Shown here: piece by piece, positions 27,359 through 38,795 of the stretch
How the letters are laid out: each line of letters starts with the position of its first letter
Numbering within the stretch: the first letter of the stretch is position 1
DNA from: Synechococcus sp.
Lineage (GTDB): Bacteria; Cyanobacteriota; Cyanobacteriia; PCC-6307; Cyanobiaceae
Assembly: GCA_047284725.1 (NCBI GenBank)
Contig: JBJBEO010000001.1
Coordinates: forward strand, 952,203 to 1,016,202
Length of the DNA: 64,000 bases
Direction of reading: 5' to 3'
Notes under the pieces: generated by a model
The model's input: only the letters and a program-made list of their open reading frames with translations
The model's database searches: none
What the model was told of the DNA's origin: nothing
Program-made: the position numbers and the translations under genes

Positions 27359-29920
27359 TCAGAGACCAGCACTGGCCAGTTCAGGAGTGACCGTTGCCTG
27401 CGAAGGAGTGCCATGACGGACCACGACTTTCTTGTTGGCATCCACATCCACTATCACGCTGTCGCCATCTTTGATGCGACCCGACAACACCTCTTCGGCC
27501 AGACTGTCTTCCAGCAGTCGCATAACAGCGCGGCGCAGAGGCCGGGCGCCGTAAGCAGGGTTGAACCCTTCCTCCACGAGGCGTTCTTTAAACGCTTCTG
27601 AAACAGACAGGTTGATCCCCTTTTCGCCGATCCGGGCAAAGACTTCCCGCAGCATGATCTCGGCGATCTGCTTTACTTCCTCGCGATTGAGTTGACGGAA
27701 AACAATGATTTCGTCGAGACGGTTGAGGAACTCAGGACGGAAGTACTGTTTGAGCTCTTCATTCACCAGAGAACGAATGCGGTTGTATTGATTCTCTTCG
27801 GCATTTTCGCCCGAGAATTCAAAACCAAGGCCACCGCCCCCTTTCTCAATCACCTTGGATCCGATGTTCGAGGTCATGATCACTAGAGTGTTCTTGAAAT
27901 CGACTGTGCGGCCCTTTGAATCGGTCAGACGCCCATCTTCAAGAAGCTGAAGCAGAAGATTGAACACATCAGGGTGTGCTTTTTCGATTTCGTCAAACAG
28001 CACCACGGTGTAGGGGCGACGTCGCACGGCTTCGGTGAGCTGACCTCCTTCGTTGAAGCCCACATAACCCGGAGGAGAACCGATCAATTTGCTGACGGTG
28101 TGCCGCTCCATGAATTCCGACATGTCGAGGCGGATCATGGCTTCTTCGCTGCCGAAGAAATAGGTCGCAAGGGCTTTGGTGAGCTCGGTTTTACCGACTC
28201 CAGTGGGGCCGGAGAAGATGAAGCTGGCGATTGGACGATTGGGGTTTTTCAGCCCCACACGCGCCCGACGGATGGCCTTCGATACAGCCTTGACAGCTTC
28301 GTCTTGACCGATCAAGCGCTTGTGGAGAGTTTCCTCCATGTTCAGGAGCTTCACTGACTCACTTTCGGTAAGTTTCTGCACAGGAACCCCAGTCCAGGAC
28401 GCAACGATCTGGGCGATATCTTCTTCGTCCACCACCGGTGTTGTGAGACCTGAATCATTCTCTACGGTTTCAGCGGCAGGGGGGGCTGCGGTGATCACGG
28501 ATTCAGTGCCGCTGGAGTCTGTGGTCTCCCGATTCGATTGCAGCAAGGTACGAATCTGCTCGCGCAACTCGACCTCTTTGTCACGGAGTTCACCAGCTCG
28601 AGTGAAATCTTGTTCGCGTACGGCGTCTTCTTTCTCTTTCTGAATCTTACGAAGTTCCTTGTCCACCTCCTTGGCGGCGGGAGGAAGCTTGGAATTGAGC
28701 AATCTCACACGACTTCCAGCTTCATCAATCAGATCGATGGCCTTATCGGGAAGGAAACGATCGGAGATGTAGCGGTCGCCCAGGGTCGCTGCAGCATCAA
28801 GGGCCTCATCCGTGATCTTGAGGCGATGGTGCTGTTCGTAGCGCTCCCGCAGACCTCGCAGGATTTCAATGGTGTCGGCAATCGACGGCTCACCCACATT
28901 CACAGGCTGGAATCGACGCTCCAGGGCTGCATCCCGTTCGATGTGCTTGCGGTATTCATCAAGGGTGGTGGCACCGATGCATTGCAGCTCCCCTCGTGCC
29001 AGAGCCGGTTTGAGGATATTGGCAGCATCGATCGCGCCTTCGGCAGCGCCAGCGCCAATCAGGGTGTGCACCTCGTCAATCACAAGGATCACATTGCCTG
29101 CAGCCTTGATCTCCTCCATGATCTTTTTGAGCCGCTCCTCGAATTCACCCCGATATTTCGTGCCGGCCACGAGGAGGCCGATATCAAGGGTGAGAACTCT
29201 TTTCTCTTCAAGGATGTCGGGTATGTCACCTTGCTGAATGCGTTGAGCGAGACCTTCGGCGATGGCGGTTTTGCCGACACCGGGCTCCCCGATTAACACC
29301 GGATTGTTCTTGGTGCGGCGACCGAGGATCTGGATCACCCGATCAATTTCACTTTGACGGCCAACCACGGGATCCAATTTGCCTTCGCCTGCCAGCTGAG
29401 TGAGATTGCTGCCGAATTCATCGAGGGTGGGAGTTTTTGTGGATCCCTTCGCGCCGCTGCTGCCGCCTCCAGCACCCACCTCAGCGGTTTCTCCCAGCAT
29501 GCGAATCACCTGGGTTCTCACTTTGGCCAGGTCAACACCGAGGTTCTCGAGGACACGGGCTGCAACGCCTTCACCTTCGCGGATCAACCCCAGGAGCAGA
29601 TGCTCCGTACCGATGTAGTTATGACCGAGTTGGCGCGCTTCTTCGAGGGACAACTCAAGGACGCGCTTGGCTCTTGGTGTGAATGGAATCTCGACAGCAA
29701 CGAAGCCTGAACCGCGGCCAATGATTTTCTCCACTTCAACGCGAGCGTCCTTGAGGTTCACCCCCATCGACTTGAGCACCTTGGCGGCGACACCAGTGCC
29801 TTCGCCGATCAGACCCAGCAGGATCTGTTCAGTGCCCACGAAATTGTGGCCAAGGCGCCTGGCCTCCTCTTGGGCCAGCATGATCACCTTGATGGCCTTC
29901 TCGGTAAACCGCTCGAACAT
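27359..29920 (-). CDS. clpC: ATP-dependent Clp protease ATP-binding subunit ClpC
   Basis: [31 protein letters not shown]; two AAA+ Walker A motifs ([16 protein letters not shown]); UVR domain. Confidence 0.98.
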   Translation of the reverse strand: MFERFTEKAIKVIMLAQEEARRLGHNFVGTEQILLGLIGEGTGVAAKVLKSMGVNLKDARVEVEKIIGRGSGFVAVEIPFTPRAKRVLELSLEEARQLGHNYIGTEHLLLGLIREGEGVAARVLENLGVDLAKVRTQVIRMLGETAEVGAGGGSSGAKGSTKTPTLDEFGSNLTQLAGEGKLDPVVGRQSEIDRVIQILGRRTKNNPVLIGEPGVGKTAIAEGLAQRIQQGDIPDILEEKRVLTLDIGLLVAGTKYRGEFEERLKKIMEEIKAAGNVILVIDEVHTLIGAGAAEGAIDAANILKPALARGELQCIGATTLDEYRKHIERDAALERRFQPVNVGEPSIADTIEILRGLRERYEQHHRLKITDEALDAAATLGDRYISDRFLPDKAIDLIDEAGSRVRLLNSKLPPAAKEVDKELRKIQKEKEDAVREQDFTRAGELRDKEVELREQIRTLLQSNRETTDSSGTESVITAAPPAAETVENDSGLTTPVVDEEDIAQIVASWTGVPVQKLTESESVKLLNMEETLHKRLIGQDEAVKAVSKAIRRARVGLKNPNRPIASFIFSGPTGVGKTELTKALATYFFGSEEAMIRLDMSEFMERHTVSKLIGSPPGYVGFNEGGQLTEAVRRRPYTVVLFDEIEKAHPDVFNLLLQLLEDGRLTDSKGRTVDFKNTLVIMTSNIGSKVIEKGGGGLGFEFSGENAEENQYNRIRSLVNEELKQYFRPEFLNRLDEIIVFRQLNREEVKQIAEIMLREVFARIGEKGINLSVSEAFKERLVEEGFNPAYGARPLRRAVMRLLEDSLAEEVLSGRIKDGDSVIVDVDANKKVVVRHGTPSQATVTPELASAGL

Positions 29921-30076
29921 TGTTCAGGCCGAAAGCAGATAGGAACTAATTTATCAGGGCCGGAGCGAGAGTGTGGCAAATGGCTTCGTTTCGCCACATC
30001 CATTGCCCAGAGCGGGATTGCCACGCATCAAATTAATAGCCAAATCGCGGTAATCACCACCAATTTGTATTGGTTA

Positions 30077-30092
30077 TGACGGTTATCCGAAC
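30077..30092 (-). promoter_or_regulatory. K-box-like element upstream of clpC
   Basis: Minus strand GTTCGG-ATAA-CCGTCA versus recalled K-box GTTCGG-NNAN-CCNNAC. Confidence 0.4.
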
Positions 30093-30121
30093 CTTTCTTC
30101 AACAGCCTGATCGGGCGTGGT

Positions 30122-30592
30122 TCACTCGCCAAGTTCGCACCACTGAATCAGAGCATCCCGGCCGTCGCTGTAGTAAGCGCGACGACGGCCAGCGTTCTTG
30201 AATCCACAACGTCGATACAAGGCGATTCCTGCTTGATTGCACGAGGCCACTTCCAGAGTGGCGCGAAGGGCGCCATGGGCATAAGCCTGTTCAAGCAGGG
30301 CGCGAAGCACCCGCTTGCCCAGCCCCTGGCGTTGGTGCTGAGACGCGACGGCCACAAGACTGATCTGCAGTTCATCCACCACCATCCAGCCGCAGGCGAC
30401 TGCCAGAAGGTGTTCGCCTGCCGGGATGCCAAGGCACAGGCGGTTCGCCTCCAGCAGTTCGCTCCTCCACTGCTCTGGTGTCCACAATCCTTGAAGGACA
30501 TCCTTGTCTAGCTTCAGGCAGGCCTGGAGGTGGCTGATCTGGAGTCGAACGGGTTCGGGGACGGGAGGTGAGTGGCCTGAATGAGGTTGCAT
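30122..30592 (-). CDS. rimI: RimI-like GNAT acetyltransferase
   Basis: VAVASQHQRQGLG, ATLEVASCN..GIALY...GF...GRRRAYYSDGRDALI. Confidence 0.85.
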   Translation of the reverse strand: MQPHSGHSPPVPEPVRLQISHLQACLKLDKDVLQGLWTPEQWRSELLEANRLCLGIPAGEHLLAVACGWMVVDELQISLVAVASQHQRQGLGKRVLRALLEQAYAHGALRATLEVASCNQAGIALYRRCGFKNAGRRRAYYSDGRDALIQWCELGE

Positions 30593-30662
30593 CGGGCTTC
30601 TGAAAGGAAAGCACCGCTTCTTAGATTGCCCTCAACGTGTGTGCAGAACCCTCTTCATTTCC

Positions 30663-32033
30663 ATGCCTCAACCCTTTGAACCTTCTCGTGATCCGCTCAG
30701 CCCCAATCGCAATCTGGCGCCGCTGACCACGGAGTTGGACGATCAGGGTTGTCTGCAGGTGGGTGGTTGTCGCCTCAGCGATCTCGCTGAGCGCTTCGGA
30801 ACACCTCTTTATGTGCTGGATGAGGCAGGGATTCGAGCGGCTTGTCGTGCTTATCGCAGTGCGCTCGAGCGTCACTATTCAGGCCCCTCACTGGCTGTTT
30901 ATGCCTCGAAGGCCAACAGTTCCTTGGCCATGACGGCTCTGGCAGCCTCGGAAGGTCTTGGCCTGGATGCCGTCTCCGCTGGCGAACTGCTGACGGCCCT
31001 TGAGGGGGGAATGCCTGCTGAGCGGATGGTGCTCCATGGCAACAACAAGTCAGACGAGGAACTGACGCTCGCCTATCGCAACGGCGTCACGATCGTTGCT
31101 GACAACCAACACGATCTCGACCGACTCGCGGTCTTGGTGCCTTCAGGTGCAGCTCCAGCGCGGCTGATGCTCCGCTTCACACCTGGCATCGAATGCCACA
31201 CCCATGAGTACATCCGCACAGGACATCTGGACAGCAAGTTCGGCTTTGATCCCGACCAACTTGAGCCGGTGTTGCGGCGGCTGATCAATGTCCAGTGGGC
31301 GAGGGTCACCGGTTTGCATGCCCACATCGGATCCCAGATCTTTGAGCTCACCCCCCACCGGGATCTGGCGGCCGTGATGGCTGATGCCCTCAAACTGGCG
31401 CGGGAGCTTGGCCATCCGGTTGCTGACCTGAATGTGGGTGGTGGCCTCGGTATTCGCTACGTCGAATCCGATGACCCGCCGTCGATCGATGTCTGGGTTC
31501 AGGTCGTGGCTGAAGCGGTCACGGCTGCATGCCAGGAGCGGGGTCTTGATCTGCCTCGCTTGCTCTGTGAGCCAGGTCGTTCGCTGGTGGCCAGCTCTGG
31601 AGTCACCATCTATTCCCTCGGGTCCAGAAAGGAGGTGCCGGGGGTGCGTACCTATCTCTCCGTCGACGGAGGTATGAGCGATAACCCGCGTCCCATCACC
31701 TATCAATCCCTTTACACCGCCTGCTTGGCGGATCGCCCGACGGCTGAGGCCACCGAATCGATCACCCTCGCCGGCAAACACTGTGAATCCGGTGACGTTC
31801 TGCTCAAAGACCTGACCCTGCCGCCCAGCGTCAGTGGTGATGTGCTGGTGGTGTTTTCCACGGGTGCTTACAACGCGTCGATGAGCTCCAACTACAACCG
31901 CATCCCTCGCCCCGCAGCTGTGCTTGTGCATGACGGAGCTGCTGATGTGATCCAACGGCGGGAAACCTCGGAGGATCTGTTGCGTTACGACAACCTGCCC
32001 ACTCGCCTCCATGCAGGAGTACCGGTAGCCTGA
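30663..32033 (+). CDS. lysA: Diaminopimelate decarboxylase
   Basis: FGTPLYV, YASKA, HGNNKS, SKFG, HAHIGSQI, EPGRS, GKHCESGD, GAY..SMSSNYN. Confidence 0.96.
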   Translation: MPQPFEPSRDPLSPNRNLAPLTTELDDQGCLQVGGCRLSDLAERFGTPLYVLDEAGIRAACRAYRSALERHYSGPSLAVYASKANSSLAMTALAASEGLGLDAVSAGELLTALEGGMPAERMVLHGNNKSDEELTLAYRNGVTIVADNQHDLDRLAVLVPSGAAPARLMLRFTPGIECHTHEYIRTGHLDSKFGFDPDQLEPVLRRLINVQWARVTGLHAHIGSQIFELTPHRDLAAVMADALKLARELGHPVADLNVGGGLGIRYVESDDPPSIDVWVQVVAEAVTAACQERGLDLPRLLCEPGRSLVASSGVTIYSLGSRKEVPGVRTYLSVDGGMSDNPRPITYQSLYTACLADRPTAEATESITLAGKHCESGDVLLKDLTLPPSVSGDVLVVFSTGAYNASMSSNYNRIPRPAAVLVHDGAADVIQRRETSEDLLRYDNLPTRLHAGVPVA

Positions 32034-32055
32034 GGTGATTGATCGAGGAGTCTGA

Positions 32056-32913
32056 GTGAGCTGGCCGGTGTGGTTCGACGCGCGCCTGCTTGATGTTGCT
32101 CTCGCCTCTGCTCTCGGTTTCCTTCTGTTCTCTCGCATCAGTGAGCAGCGCTCTCTGTGGCTTTTGCGGGGCTACCTCCTGCTGGTTGCGTTGGCTTGGG
32201 CCTTCAAGCGCTTTGAGCTGCTTCCTCTCACAGCCGCGCTCATCGAAGCGCTCGTGCTGGCCTGCTCGCTTTCCTTGGCGATTCTCTGGCAGGGGGAATT
32301 GCGCCGCTTGATGGAGCTTCTGGGGACGTGGCGAATGGATGTGTTGCTGGCCAATCCCGCGAGCAAGCTGCGGGTCAAAGCCGGCACCGTGGCCCAGCTC
32401 ACTGACGCCGCCGGACGCCTCTCTCAGAGTCGTCGTGGCGCGTTGATCGTGGTGGACCTTGGCAGTGATCTCCGGCCTGAAGACTTTCTCAACCCTGGTG
32501 TGGGCATTGACGCCCAGCTGAGCAGTGAATTGCTGCTCAATCTCTTCGCTTCCGATACCCCTCTTCACGACGGTGCTGTTGTGGTGAAAGGAAATCGGAT
32601 CGTTGCTGCCGGTGTGATCCTGCCGTTGTCCCGCCAGGGTCACAGTCGTTATGGAACCCGTCATCTGGCGGCCCTGGGGATCACCGAACGTTTTGATCGC
32701 TGTATCTGTGTGGTGGTGTCGGAGGAAACTGGCACCCTGTCTCTAGCCAATCACGGCCGTCTTGAACGCCCCATCACCAGCAGCCGACTTCAGGATCTCC
32801 TCACCGAGCTCATGGGCGTGACGCCCGCTGTGGCGACCGCTTCCGCTCTGCCTGTATCACCATCGTCATCTGGACGTAGCGTGTCGGTTACCAACCAGGA
32901 CAGCGTGTCGTGA
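32056..32913 (+). CDS. cdaA: Diadenylate cyclase CdaA
   Basis: N-terminal TMs; [27 protein letters not shown] motifs. Confidence 0.93.
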   Translation: MSWPVWFDARLLDVALASALGFLLFSRISEQRSLWLLRGYLLLVALAWAFKRFELLPLTAALIEALVLACSLSLAILWQGELRRLMELLGTWRMDVLLANPASKLRVKAGTVAQLTDAAGRLSQSRRGALIVVDLGSDLRPEDFLNPGVGIDAQLSSELLLNLFASDTPLHDGAVVVKGNRIVAAGVILPLSRQGHSRYGTRHLAALGITERFDRCICVVVSEETGTLSLANHGRLERPITSSRLQDLLTELMGVTPAVATASALPVSPSSSGRSVSVTNQDSVS

Positions 32914-33707
32914 GCCGTCATTTGGCCGCCACCTCAAAGGACTCGATGCCTGGAATCTGCCCGGCTGAACTCGATCCCTGCCGTCTGCCCGCGCACGTGG
33001 CGGTCATCATGGATGGCAATGGGCGTTGGGCTCAGGCCCGTGGCCTGCCCAGGGTGATGGGGCATCGAGCAGGGGTTGAAGCTCTGAAGGCCACCTTGCG
33101 GATCTGTAGTGACTGGGGTGTGAAGGCGCTGACTGCCTACGCCTTCTCCACCGAGAACTGGTCGCGTCCCGGCGACGAGGTGAATTTTTTGATGACCCTG
33201 TTTGAACGGGTGCTGCAACGGGAGCTGCAGAGTCTCGAAGCCGAACAGGTGCGCATTCGTTTCCTGGGTGATCTCGATGCTCTCCCGGAAAAACTGCAGG
33301 CTCTGATCGCTGATGCCACAGAACGAACGGCGGCGAACACCGGCATTCACTTCAATGTCTGCACCAATTACGGCGGCCGTCGGGAGCTGGTGCTGGCGGC
33401 CCAGACTCTGGCGACGCGGGCCGCTCGGGGTGAGCTGGACCCGTCCAGCATCGACGAGAACACCCTGGCCGCTGAGCTGTTTACCGCCGGCGAACAGGAT
33501 CCAGATCTGCTGATTCGCACAAGCGGCGAACGGCGCATCAGCAATTTCCTGCTCTGGCAACTCGCCTACGCCGAGATTCATGTCACAGATGTGTTCTGGC
33601 CAGATTTCAACCGAGAAGCCCTATTGGAAGCTCTCCTGGATTACCAGGGACGAAGCCGCCGTTTTGGTGGGCTGGATGACCTGAGGGCCGGCGCTCTGGG
33701 ATCCTGA
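32910..33707 (+). CDS. uppS: Undecaprenyl diphosphate synthase (isoprenyl transferase)
   Basis: [43 protein letters not shown]. Confidence 0.96.
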   Translation: MSRHLAATSKDSMPGICPAELDPCRLPAHVAVIMDGNGRWAQARGLPRVMGHRAGVEALKATLRICSDWGVKALTAYAFSTENWSRPGDEVNFLMTLFERVLQRELQSLEAEQVRIRFLGDLDALPEKLQALIADATERTAANTGIHFNVCTNYGGRRELVLAAQTLATRAARGELDPSSIDENTLAAELFTAGEQDPDLLIRTSGERRISNFLLWQLAYAEIHVTDVFWPDFNREALLEALLDYQGRSRRFGGLDDLRAGALGS

Positions 33708-33724
33708 ATAACAGCGGTACGGCC

Positions 33725-34705
33725 TTGATGACGGACTCGGTTGCCTTGCGCCACGACTGGAGCGTGGAGGAGATCCAGGAGATCCTTGAAGCCCCGCTGA
33801 TGGAGCTGCTTTGGCGTGCTCAGGCAGTGCACCGGGAGGCGAATCCGGGTTATCGCGTGCAACTGGCGTCGTTGCTGAGCGTCAAAACCGGAGGCTGTGA
33901 AGAGGACTGTGCCTATTGCCCCCAGTCGATGCATCACAGCAGTGATGTCACCGGTCAGCCCGAGTTGGATGTGGAGCCTGTGTTGGCTCGTGCTCGGGCG
34001 GCCAAGGATGCCGGCGCTGATCGCTTCTGCATGGGCTGGGCCTGGCGGGAAATCCGTGATGGCGCCCCTTTCGAAGCGATGCTTTCGATGGTGCGTGGAG
34101 TCAGAGAGCTGGGGCTCGAGGCCTGCGTGACAGCCGGCATGCTCACCGATGAGCAGGCCACGCGCCTGGCGGATGCCGGTTTGACGTCTTACAACCACAA
34201 CCTCGACACCAGCCCTGAGCACTACGACCGGATCATCACCACCCGCTCCTACCAGGAGCGTCTGGAGACGCTGCAGCGGGTGCGCAATGCCGGCGTCACC
34301 CTCTGCTGTGGCGGCATTATCGGGATGGGGGAAACCAACCGAGATCGGGCATCGATGCTGCAGGTGCTGGCCACAATGCACCCCCACCCGGAGAGCGTCC
34401 CCCTCAATGCCCTTGTGGCCGTGGAAGGCACGCCTCTTGAAGAGCAAACACCGGTGGACCCATTGGAGTTGGTGCGCATGGTGGCAACGGCCCGGATCCT
34501 GATGCCCTGTAGCCGGGTGCGCCTCAGCGCAGGCCGCGAGACTCTGAGCCAGGAAGCCCAGATCCTGTGTCTCCAGGCTGGTGCAGATTCGATTTTCTAC
34601 GGCGAGACCCTGCTCACCACGGGCAATCCTGAGGTGGAAGCGGATCGTGCCCTCCTGGCTGCTGCTGGTGTGCAGGCCAGCTGGCAAGACTGCCCTGCGG
34701 CATGA
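33725..34705 (+). CDS. bioB: Biotin synthase
   Basis: [15 protein letters not shown] radical SAM motif, YNHNLDT, RLSAGR. Confidence 0.96.
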   Translation: MMTDSVALRHDWSVEEIQEILEAPLMELLWRAQAVHREANPGYRVQLASLLSVKTGGCEEDCAYCPQSMHHSSDVTGQPELDVEPVLARARAAKDAGADRFCMGWAWREIRDGAPFEAMLSMVRGVRELGLEACVTAGMLTDEQATRLADAGLTSYNHNLDTSPEHYDRIITTRSYQERLETLQRVRNAGVTLCCGGIIGMGETNRDRASMLQVLATMHPHPESVPLNALVAVEGTPLEEQTPVDPLELVRMVATARILMPCSRVRLSAGRETLSQEAQILCLQAGADSIFYGETLLTTGNPEVEADRALLAAAGVQASWQDCPAA

Positions 34706-35673
34706 GCACTGCAGCTCACAACCCCCTTCTGGTCGCGGCGTTCTACGCCTTTACTCCGCTAACGGAGGCCACCAGAGCCCAGTTACTGGAGGCTCTCCCC
34801 GGGCTTGCTGAGACCGGTGATGTGCGTGGATCAGTGCTGGTGGCCCTTGAAGGGGTGAATGGCACCATCAGCGGGCCTGCTCCAGGTGTTGAGGCTGTGC
34901 TCAACCTGCTGCGGCAGCAGCTCACCCTGGGCGATGCGCACTTTGCCCGCCTCGAGGTCAAGCGCAGTTGGTGCGAGCAGCAGGCCTTTCGTCGTTTCAA
35001 GGCCCGTCGCAAACAGGAGATCGTCACGATGGGGTGTCCTGACGTCAGTCCGGTCCGCACGGTTGGCACCTACGTGGAACCCAGGCACTGGAATGCACTG
35101 ATCGATGATCCCGACACGCTGGTGATCGACACACGCAACAGCTACGAGGTGGCGATTGGCAGCTTTGAAGGCGCGCTTGATCCCGGCACTGAGAGTTTTC
35201 GTGAATTCCCCGCGTGGGCAGAGCGCACCTTGCGTCCGTTAGTGGAGCGCGATGCCCCCAAGCGCATCGCCATGTTTTGCACTGGAGGCATCCGTTGCGA
35301 GAAAGCGAGCAGTTACCTGCAGCAGCAGGGTTTTGGTGAGGTGCATCACCTCAGGGGAGGCATTCTCAACTATCTGGAGGAGGTGCCTGAAGCCGACAGC
35401 CGCTGGTCGGGAGAATGCTTCGTCTTCGATCAGAGGGTGGCTCTCAACCACCGCCTTGAGCAGGGTGTGTACCGGTTGTGTCATGCCTGTGGCTTGCCCC
35501 TCACCCCTGGGGAACGGCAGCTTCCGAGTTACATCCCAGGGGTCCAGTGCCTCCATTGCATGAGCCGCTTCACCGAAGCTGATCGCCAACGTTTTGCTGA
35601 GCGCCAGCGGCAGTGGGATCAAGCCAAAGCCAGTCAGCAGCCGTCTCAGTCGTCGCATCCGGCGGAGCGATGA
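34702..35673 (+). CDS. trhO: Rhodanese-domain protein, TrhO/YceA family (tRNA U34 hydroxylase)
   Basis: [47 protein letters not shown]. Confidence 0.88.
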   Translation: MSTAAHNPLLVAAFYAFTPLTEATRAQLLEALPGLAETGDVRGSVLVALEGVNGTISGPAPGVEAVLNLLRQQLTLGDAHFARLEVKRSWCEQQAFRRFKARRKQEIVTMGCPDVSPVRTVGTYVEPRHWNALIDDPDTLVIDTRNSYEVAIGSFEGALDPGTESFREFPAWAERTLRPLVERDAPKRIAMFCTGGIRCEKASSYLQQQGFGEVHHLRGGILNYLEEVPEADSRWSGECFVFDQRVALNHRLEQGVYRLCHACGLPLTPGERQLPSYIPGVQCLHCMSRFTEADRQRFAERQRQWDQAKASQQPSQSSHPAER

Positions 35674-36665
35674 GGCTGCCGGTTCTCTACAGCTTCAGGC
35701 GTTGCCCTTATGCGATGCGGGCCCGGTGGGCGTTGCTCCAGGCTGGCCTGCTGGTGGAGTGGCGGGAGGTGGCATTACGCCATAAACCGGAGTGTCTGCG
35801 CCAGGTTTCCCCCAAAGCGACCGTGCCAGTTCTGGTCACTGCTGACGGCCGCGTGATCGATGAAAGTCTGGCGGTGATGCGCTGGGCTCTCCGGCAGGCT
35901 GATCCCTGTGACTGGCTCGGTGTGGGTCTGGCAGCAGAGCAGCGAAAGGCAATCGCGATGCTGATCGAGGAGAACGATGGGCCGTTCAAGCATCATCTTG
36001 ACCGTTTCAAGTACACGGACCGCTATCCCGGAGCCTCGCGGGAGAAGCACCAGCGCCAGGGATTGGCGTTGCTGGAATCGTGGTCAACCCGCATTGCTTC
36101 CACCGGCTGGCTGGTGGGCCAACGTTGCAGCCTGGCTGACGCAGCACTCTGGCCTTTTGTGCGGCAGTGGCGCATCGCCGATCCCATTGGTTTTGATCAA
36201 TATGCCCCTCTGGCTTCCCTGCGGTTGTGGTTGCAAAGGTTTCTTGATGCACCTGCGTTTGACCGCTTGATGCAGCGCATCGAGACCTGGCAGCCCGGCG
36301 ACCCATGCCGTTTGTTCCCTGGTGATGCAGCTCCGATCGACGTGAGTGCGCCTGTGTTTCATCTTGCGCTTGCTGATGACTGGGCTGAGGCTCAGAGGAC
36401 CGGCCGCTACTGCATCTCCAGTCGTGGGCTCAGCTTGGAGCAGGTGGGGTTCATCCATGCCTCTCAGGCTGAGCAGGTGGCCGCTACGTATCAGCGCTTC
36501 TATGCCGATGCTGGTGCTGTGGTGCTGCTGACCATCGACCCCCAGCGGATCAAGCATCCTTGGCGTGCCGACCCAGCCCCCGGGGGAGAGCGCTTCCCTC
36601 ATCTCTACGGACCGTTGCCCGTCACGGCGGTCACCGCGGTGGACCCTTATCCCACGCTCTCTTGA
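35670..36665 (+). CDS. Glutathione S-transferase fused to a C-terminal DUF952 domain
   Basis: LYSFRRCPYAMRAR, SPKATVPVL, FKHHLDRFKY, then FHLAL..W..A...GFIHAS...FPHLYGPL. Confidence 0.85.
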   Translation: MRLPVLYSFRRCPYAMRARWALLQAGLLVEWREVALRHKPECLRQVSPKATVPVLVTADGRVIDESLAVMRWALRQADPCDWLGVGLAAEQRKAIAMLIEENDGPFKHHLDRFKYTDRYPGASREKHQRQGLALLESWSTRIASTGWLVGQRCSLADAALWPFVRQWRIADPIGFDQYAPLASLRLWLQRFLDAPAFDRLMQRIETWQPGDPCRLFPGDAAPIDVSAPVFHLALADDWAEAQRTGRYCISSRGLSLEQVGFIHASQAEQVAATYQRFYADAGAVVLLTIDPQRIKHPWRADPAPGGERFPHLYGPLPVTAVTAVDPYPTLS

Positions 36666-37171
36666 TGACCGCTTTTTCCCTGGACTCTTTGGAGCGTCAG
36701 GCCAAGGCCAGAGACCTTCTGCTGAGGCTGAAGGTGCAACGTCCACTTGGACTCTGGACTCTGCGCCTGGTGGTGGCTGCCCCCATGGCTGACGGCCGCG
36801 CTCAGTTGCTGGCGGAACTGAAAGGCTGGGCCCACGGCGGTGGGCGCGGGTTGCAGCTCGACACGATGCGCGTGCTCCCTCAGGCACCTGCCGGTGTTGG
36901 TGCCCTGGTGTGGGCGGCCACCTGTGCCTGGGCGCTCCAGGCAACGCCCTGCCGCCAGGCCAGGTTGCTGGCCATTGAAGACGATCCCCGTCAGCATCGA
37001 CGCCTTGTTCGGTATTTCCAGAGCCTTGGCTTTCAGCCCACCCGCAGGCTTGGGTCCTCTGCTGCCGATCTGCCTCTTCGGATGATCTGGGGGGGTGCCG
37101 GACAGTTGATGATCGGAGAGGTCGATCAGGTGTTGGAGCGGTCCTCACGCCGCTGGACGTTGTCGGTTTGA
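36665..37171 (+). CDS. Conserved hypothetical protein (GNAT-like fold, inferred)
   Basis: TGATG coupling to the GST gene; LQLDTMRV...ARLLAIEDD..QHRRLVRYF..LGF...WGGAG. Confidence 0.7.
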   Translation: MTAFSLDSLERQAKARDLLLRLKVQRPLGLWTLRLVVAAPMADGRAQLLAELKGWAHGGGRGLQLDTMRVLPQAPAGVGALVWAATCAWALQATPCRQARLLAIEDDPRQHRRLVRYFQSLGFQPTRRLGSSAADLPLRMIWGGAGQLMIGEVDQVLERSSRRWTLSV

Positions 37172-37188
37172 TGGCGCCGGAATCAGGC

Positions 37189-38103
37189 TCAAACTGGCAT
37201 CGCCGCGTGATAGCTGCTTCGTACCAGCGGGCCACTGCGGACATGACTGAAACCCATGTCCTTGGCGCGTTGTTCAAGCCTCTCGAAGGCGTTTGGAGGC
37301 CAGTAGCGCTGCACCGGCAGGTGGGCGAGGGAAGGGCGCAGGTACTGGCCGATCGTGATCCGATCACAACCCGACTCCCGCAGAGCTTCCAGTGATGCCA
37401 ACACTTCGTTCTCGGTTTCACCCAGGCCCAGCATCAATCCGCTTTTAGTGGGAATGTCGGGTGCGATCTCCTTCGCGACTGCAAGCAGACCCAGGGACCG
37501 TTCATAGGTGGCGCCGCGACGCACCTCCCCCTGGAGGCGTTGGACGGTTTCCAGGTTGTGGTTGAAGCACACCGGCTGGGCATCCAGCACCGTTTGCAGG
37601 CGTGCGCGCTGCGCCTCGATTCCAGTTTTGAGGTCGGCATGACCGCCCCAGAAATCGGGAGTGAGCACCTCGATCGCCACCAGGGGATTGCGGGCCCGGA
37701 TCGCGGCCATCGCAGCGGTGAACAGTCCGGCGCCATGGTCGGCCAGATCATCGCGGGCCACGGCGGTCAGCACGACATAGCGCAGCCCCATGTGCGCCAC
37801 TGCATCAGCAACCCGCTCCGCCTCGGCCGGGTCGAGAGCCATCGGTGCTTTGCCTTTCTCCACTTGGCAGAAGGCGCAGCTGCGGGTGCAGATCGACCCT
37901 CCCAGGAGGAAGGTGGCGGTGCCTGCGGCGTAGCACTCAGCGCGGTTGGGGCAGCGGCCCTCCTCGCAGATCGTGTGCAGTCCGCGGGCTTTGACCAATC
38001 CCTGCACGGTCTCCAGTTGGGAGACCGTGCCCACAGGCCTCCTCAACCACTCCGGCAGGCGTTCGTGGGGGCGGATCTGGCTGTAGCGGGTGGGCTTGCT
38101 CAT
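37189..38103 (-). CDS. lipA: Lipoyl synthase
   Basis: [43 protein letters not shown]. Confidence 0.96.
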   Translation of the reverse strand: MSKPTRYSQIRPHERLPEWLRRPVGTVSQLETVQGLVKARGLHTICEEGRCPNRAECYAAGTATFLLGGSICTRSCAFCQVEKGKAPMALDPAEAERVADAVAHMGLRYVVLTAVARDDLADHGAGLFTAAMAAIRARNPLVAIEVLTPDFWGGHADLKTGIEAQRARLQTVLDAQPVCFNHNLETVQRLQGEVRRGATYERSLGLLAVAKEIAPDIPTKSGLMLGLGETENEVLASLEALRESGCDRITIGQYLRPSLAHLPVQRYWPPNAFERLEQRAKDMGFSHVRSGPLVRSSYHAAMPV

Positions 38104-38122
38104 CAGAGACCGGATCCTGAAC

Positions 38123-38722
38123 TCATTCAACGGTTCGTCGCCCTTCGAGGGCACGGGTGAGGGTGACATCGTCGGCGAATTCCAATTCGCTGCCTACTGG
38201 CAAGCCGTAGGCGATACGACTCACCACCGTGAAGGGTTTGAGCAATCTGGCCAGATACAGGCTGGTGGTGTCTCCTTCCACGCTGGGGGTGAGGGCCAGG
38301 ATCACCTCCTGCACGCCCTCTGCTTCCACCCGTTTCACGAGGCTGGTGATCTGCAACATCTCCGGGCCGATGCCATCCATCGGCGAGATCAATCCGCCCA
38401 GCACGTGATAAAGGCCGCTGTATTCGCGGGTTCGTTCCAGGGCCAGCAGGTCGCGGGAGTCGGCCACCACACAAATCACGCCGGTCCTGCGCTCAGGGTT
38501 GCGGCAGATCTCACAGCTGGGTTCAGCGCTGAGGTGGAAGCAGGTCTGGCACTGGCCCACCTGGCTGCGGGCGGCCAGCAGGGCCTCCGCAAAGCTTTGG
38601 ATTTGCTCCTCAGGCTGTCGCAGCAAATGCAGGGCCAGCCGTTGGGCTGTGCGGGGACCAATGCCCGGCAGGCGCTCGAATTGATCGATCAACCGGGCCA
38701 GCGGTCGGGTGAAGCCGCTCAG
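38123..38722 (-). CDS. recR: Recombination mediator RecR (probable CTG start)
   Basis: [13 protein letters not shown]hH, C4 zinc finger, Toprim YHVLGG..SPMDG, VEGDTT; frame open 10 codons upstream of the listed TTG. Confidence 0.95.
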   Translation of the reverse strand: MSGFTRPLARLIDQFERLPGIGPRTAQRLALHLLRQPEEQIQSFAEALLAARSQVGQCQTCFHLSAEPSCEICRNPERRTGVICVVADSRDLLALERTREYSGLYHVLGGLISPMDGIGPEMLQITSLVKRVEAEGVQEVILALTPSVEGDTTSLYLARLLKPFTVVSRIAYGLPVGSELEFADDVTLTRALEGRRTVE

Positions 38723-38795
38723 AGCTCTGATGCAAGTGTGAGAAATCTAGGCAGGGCAATCAGGGCAGAATGGGAACACGTCAGGATCTGGGTTG

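Noticed and set aside
30663..33707. lysA-cdaA-uppS cluster as a novel cyclic-nucleotide system
   Set aside because: Well-known conserved cyanobacterial arrangement with a housekeeping c-di-AMP cyclase; no effector or defence genes adjacent.
36084..37421. 445-aa minus-strand ORF and other long shadow ORFs (e.g. 33641-34687, 38090-39004, 51898-53067)
   Set aside because: They overlap confidently identified genes, show no motifs, and are typical of high-GC DNA.
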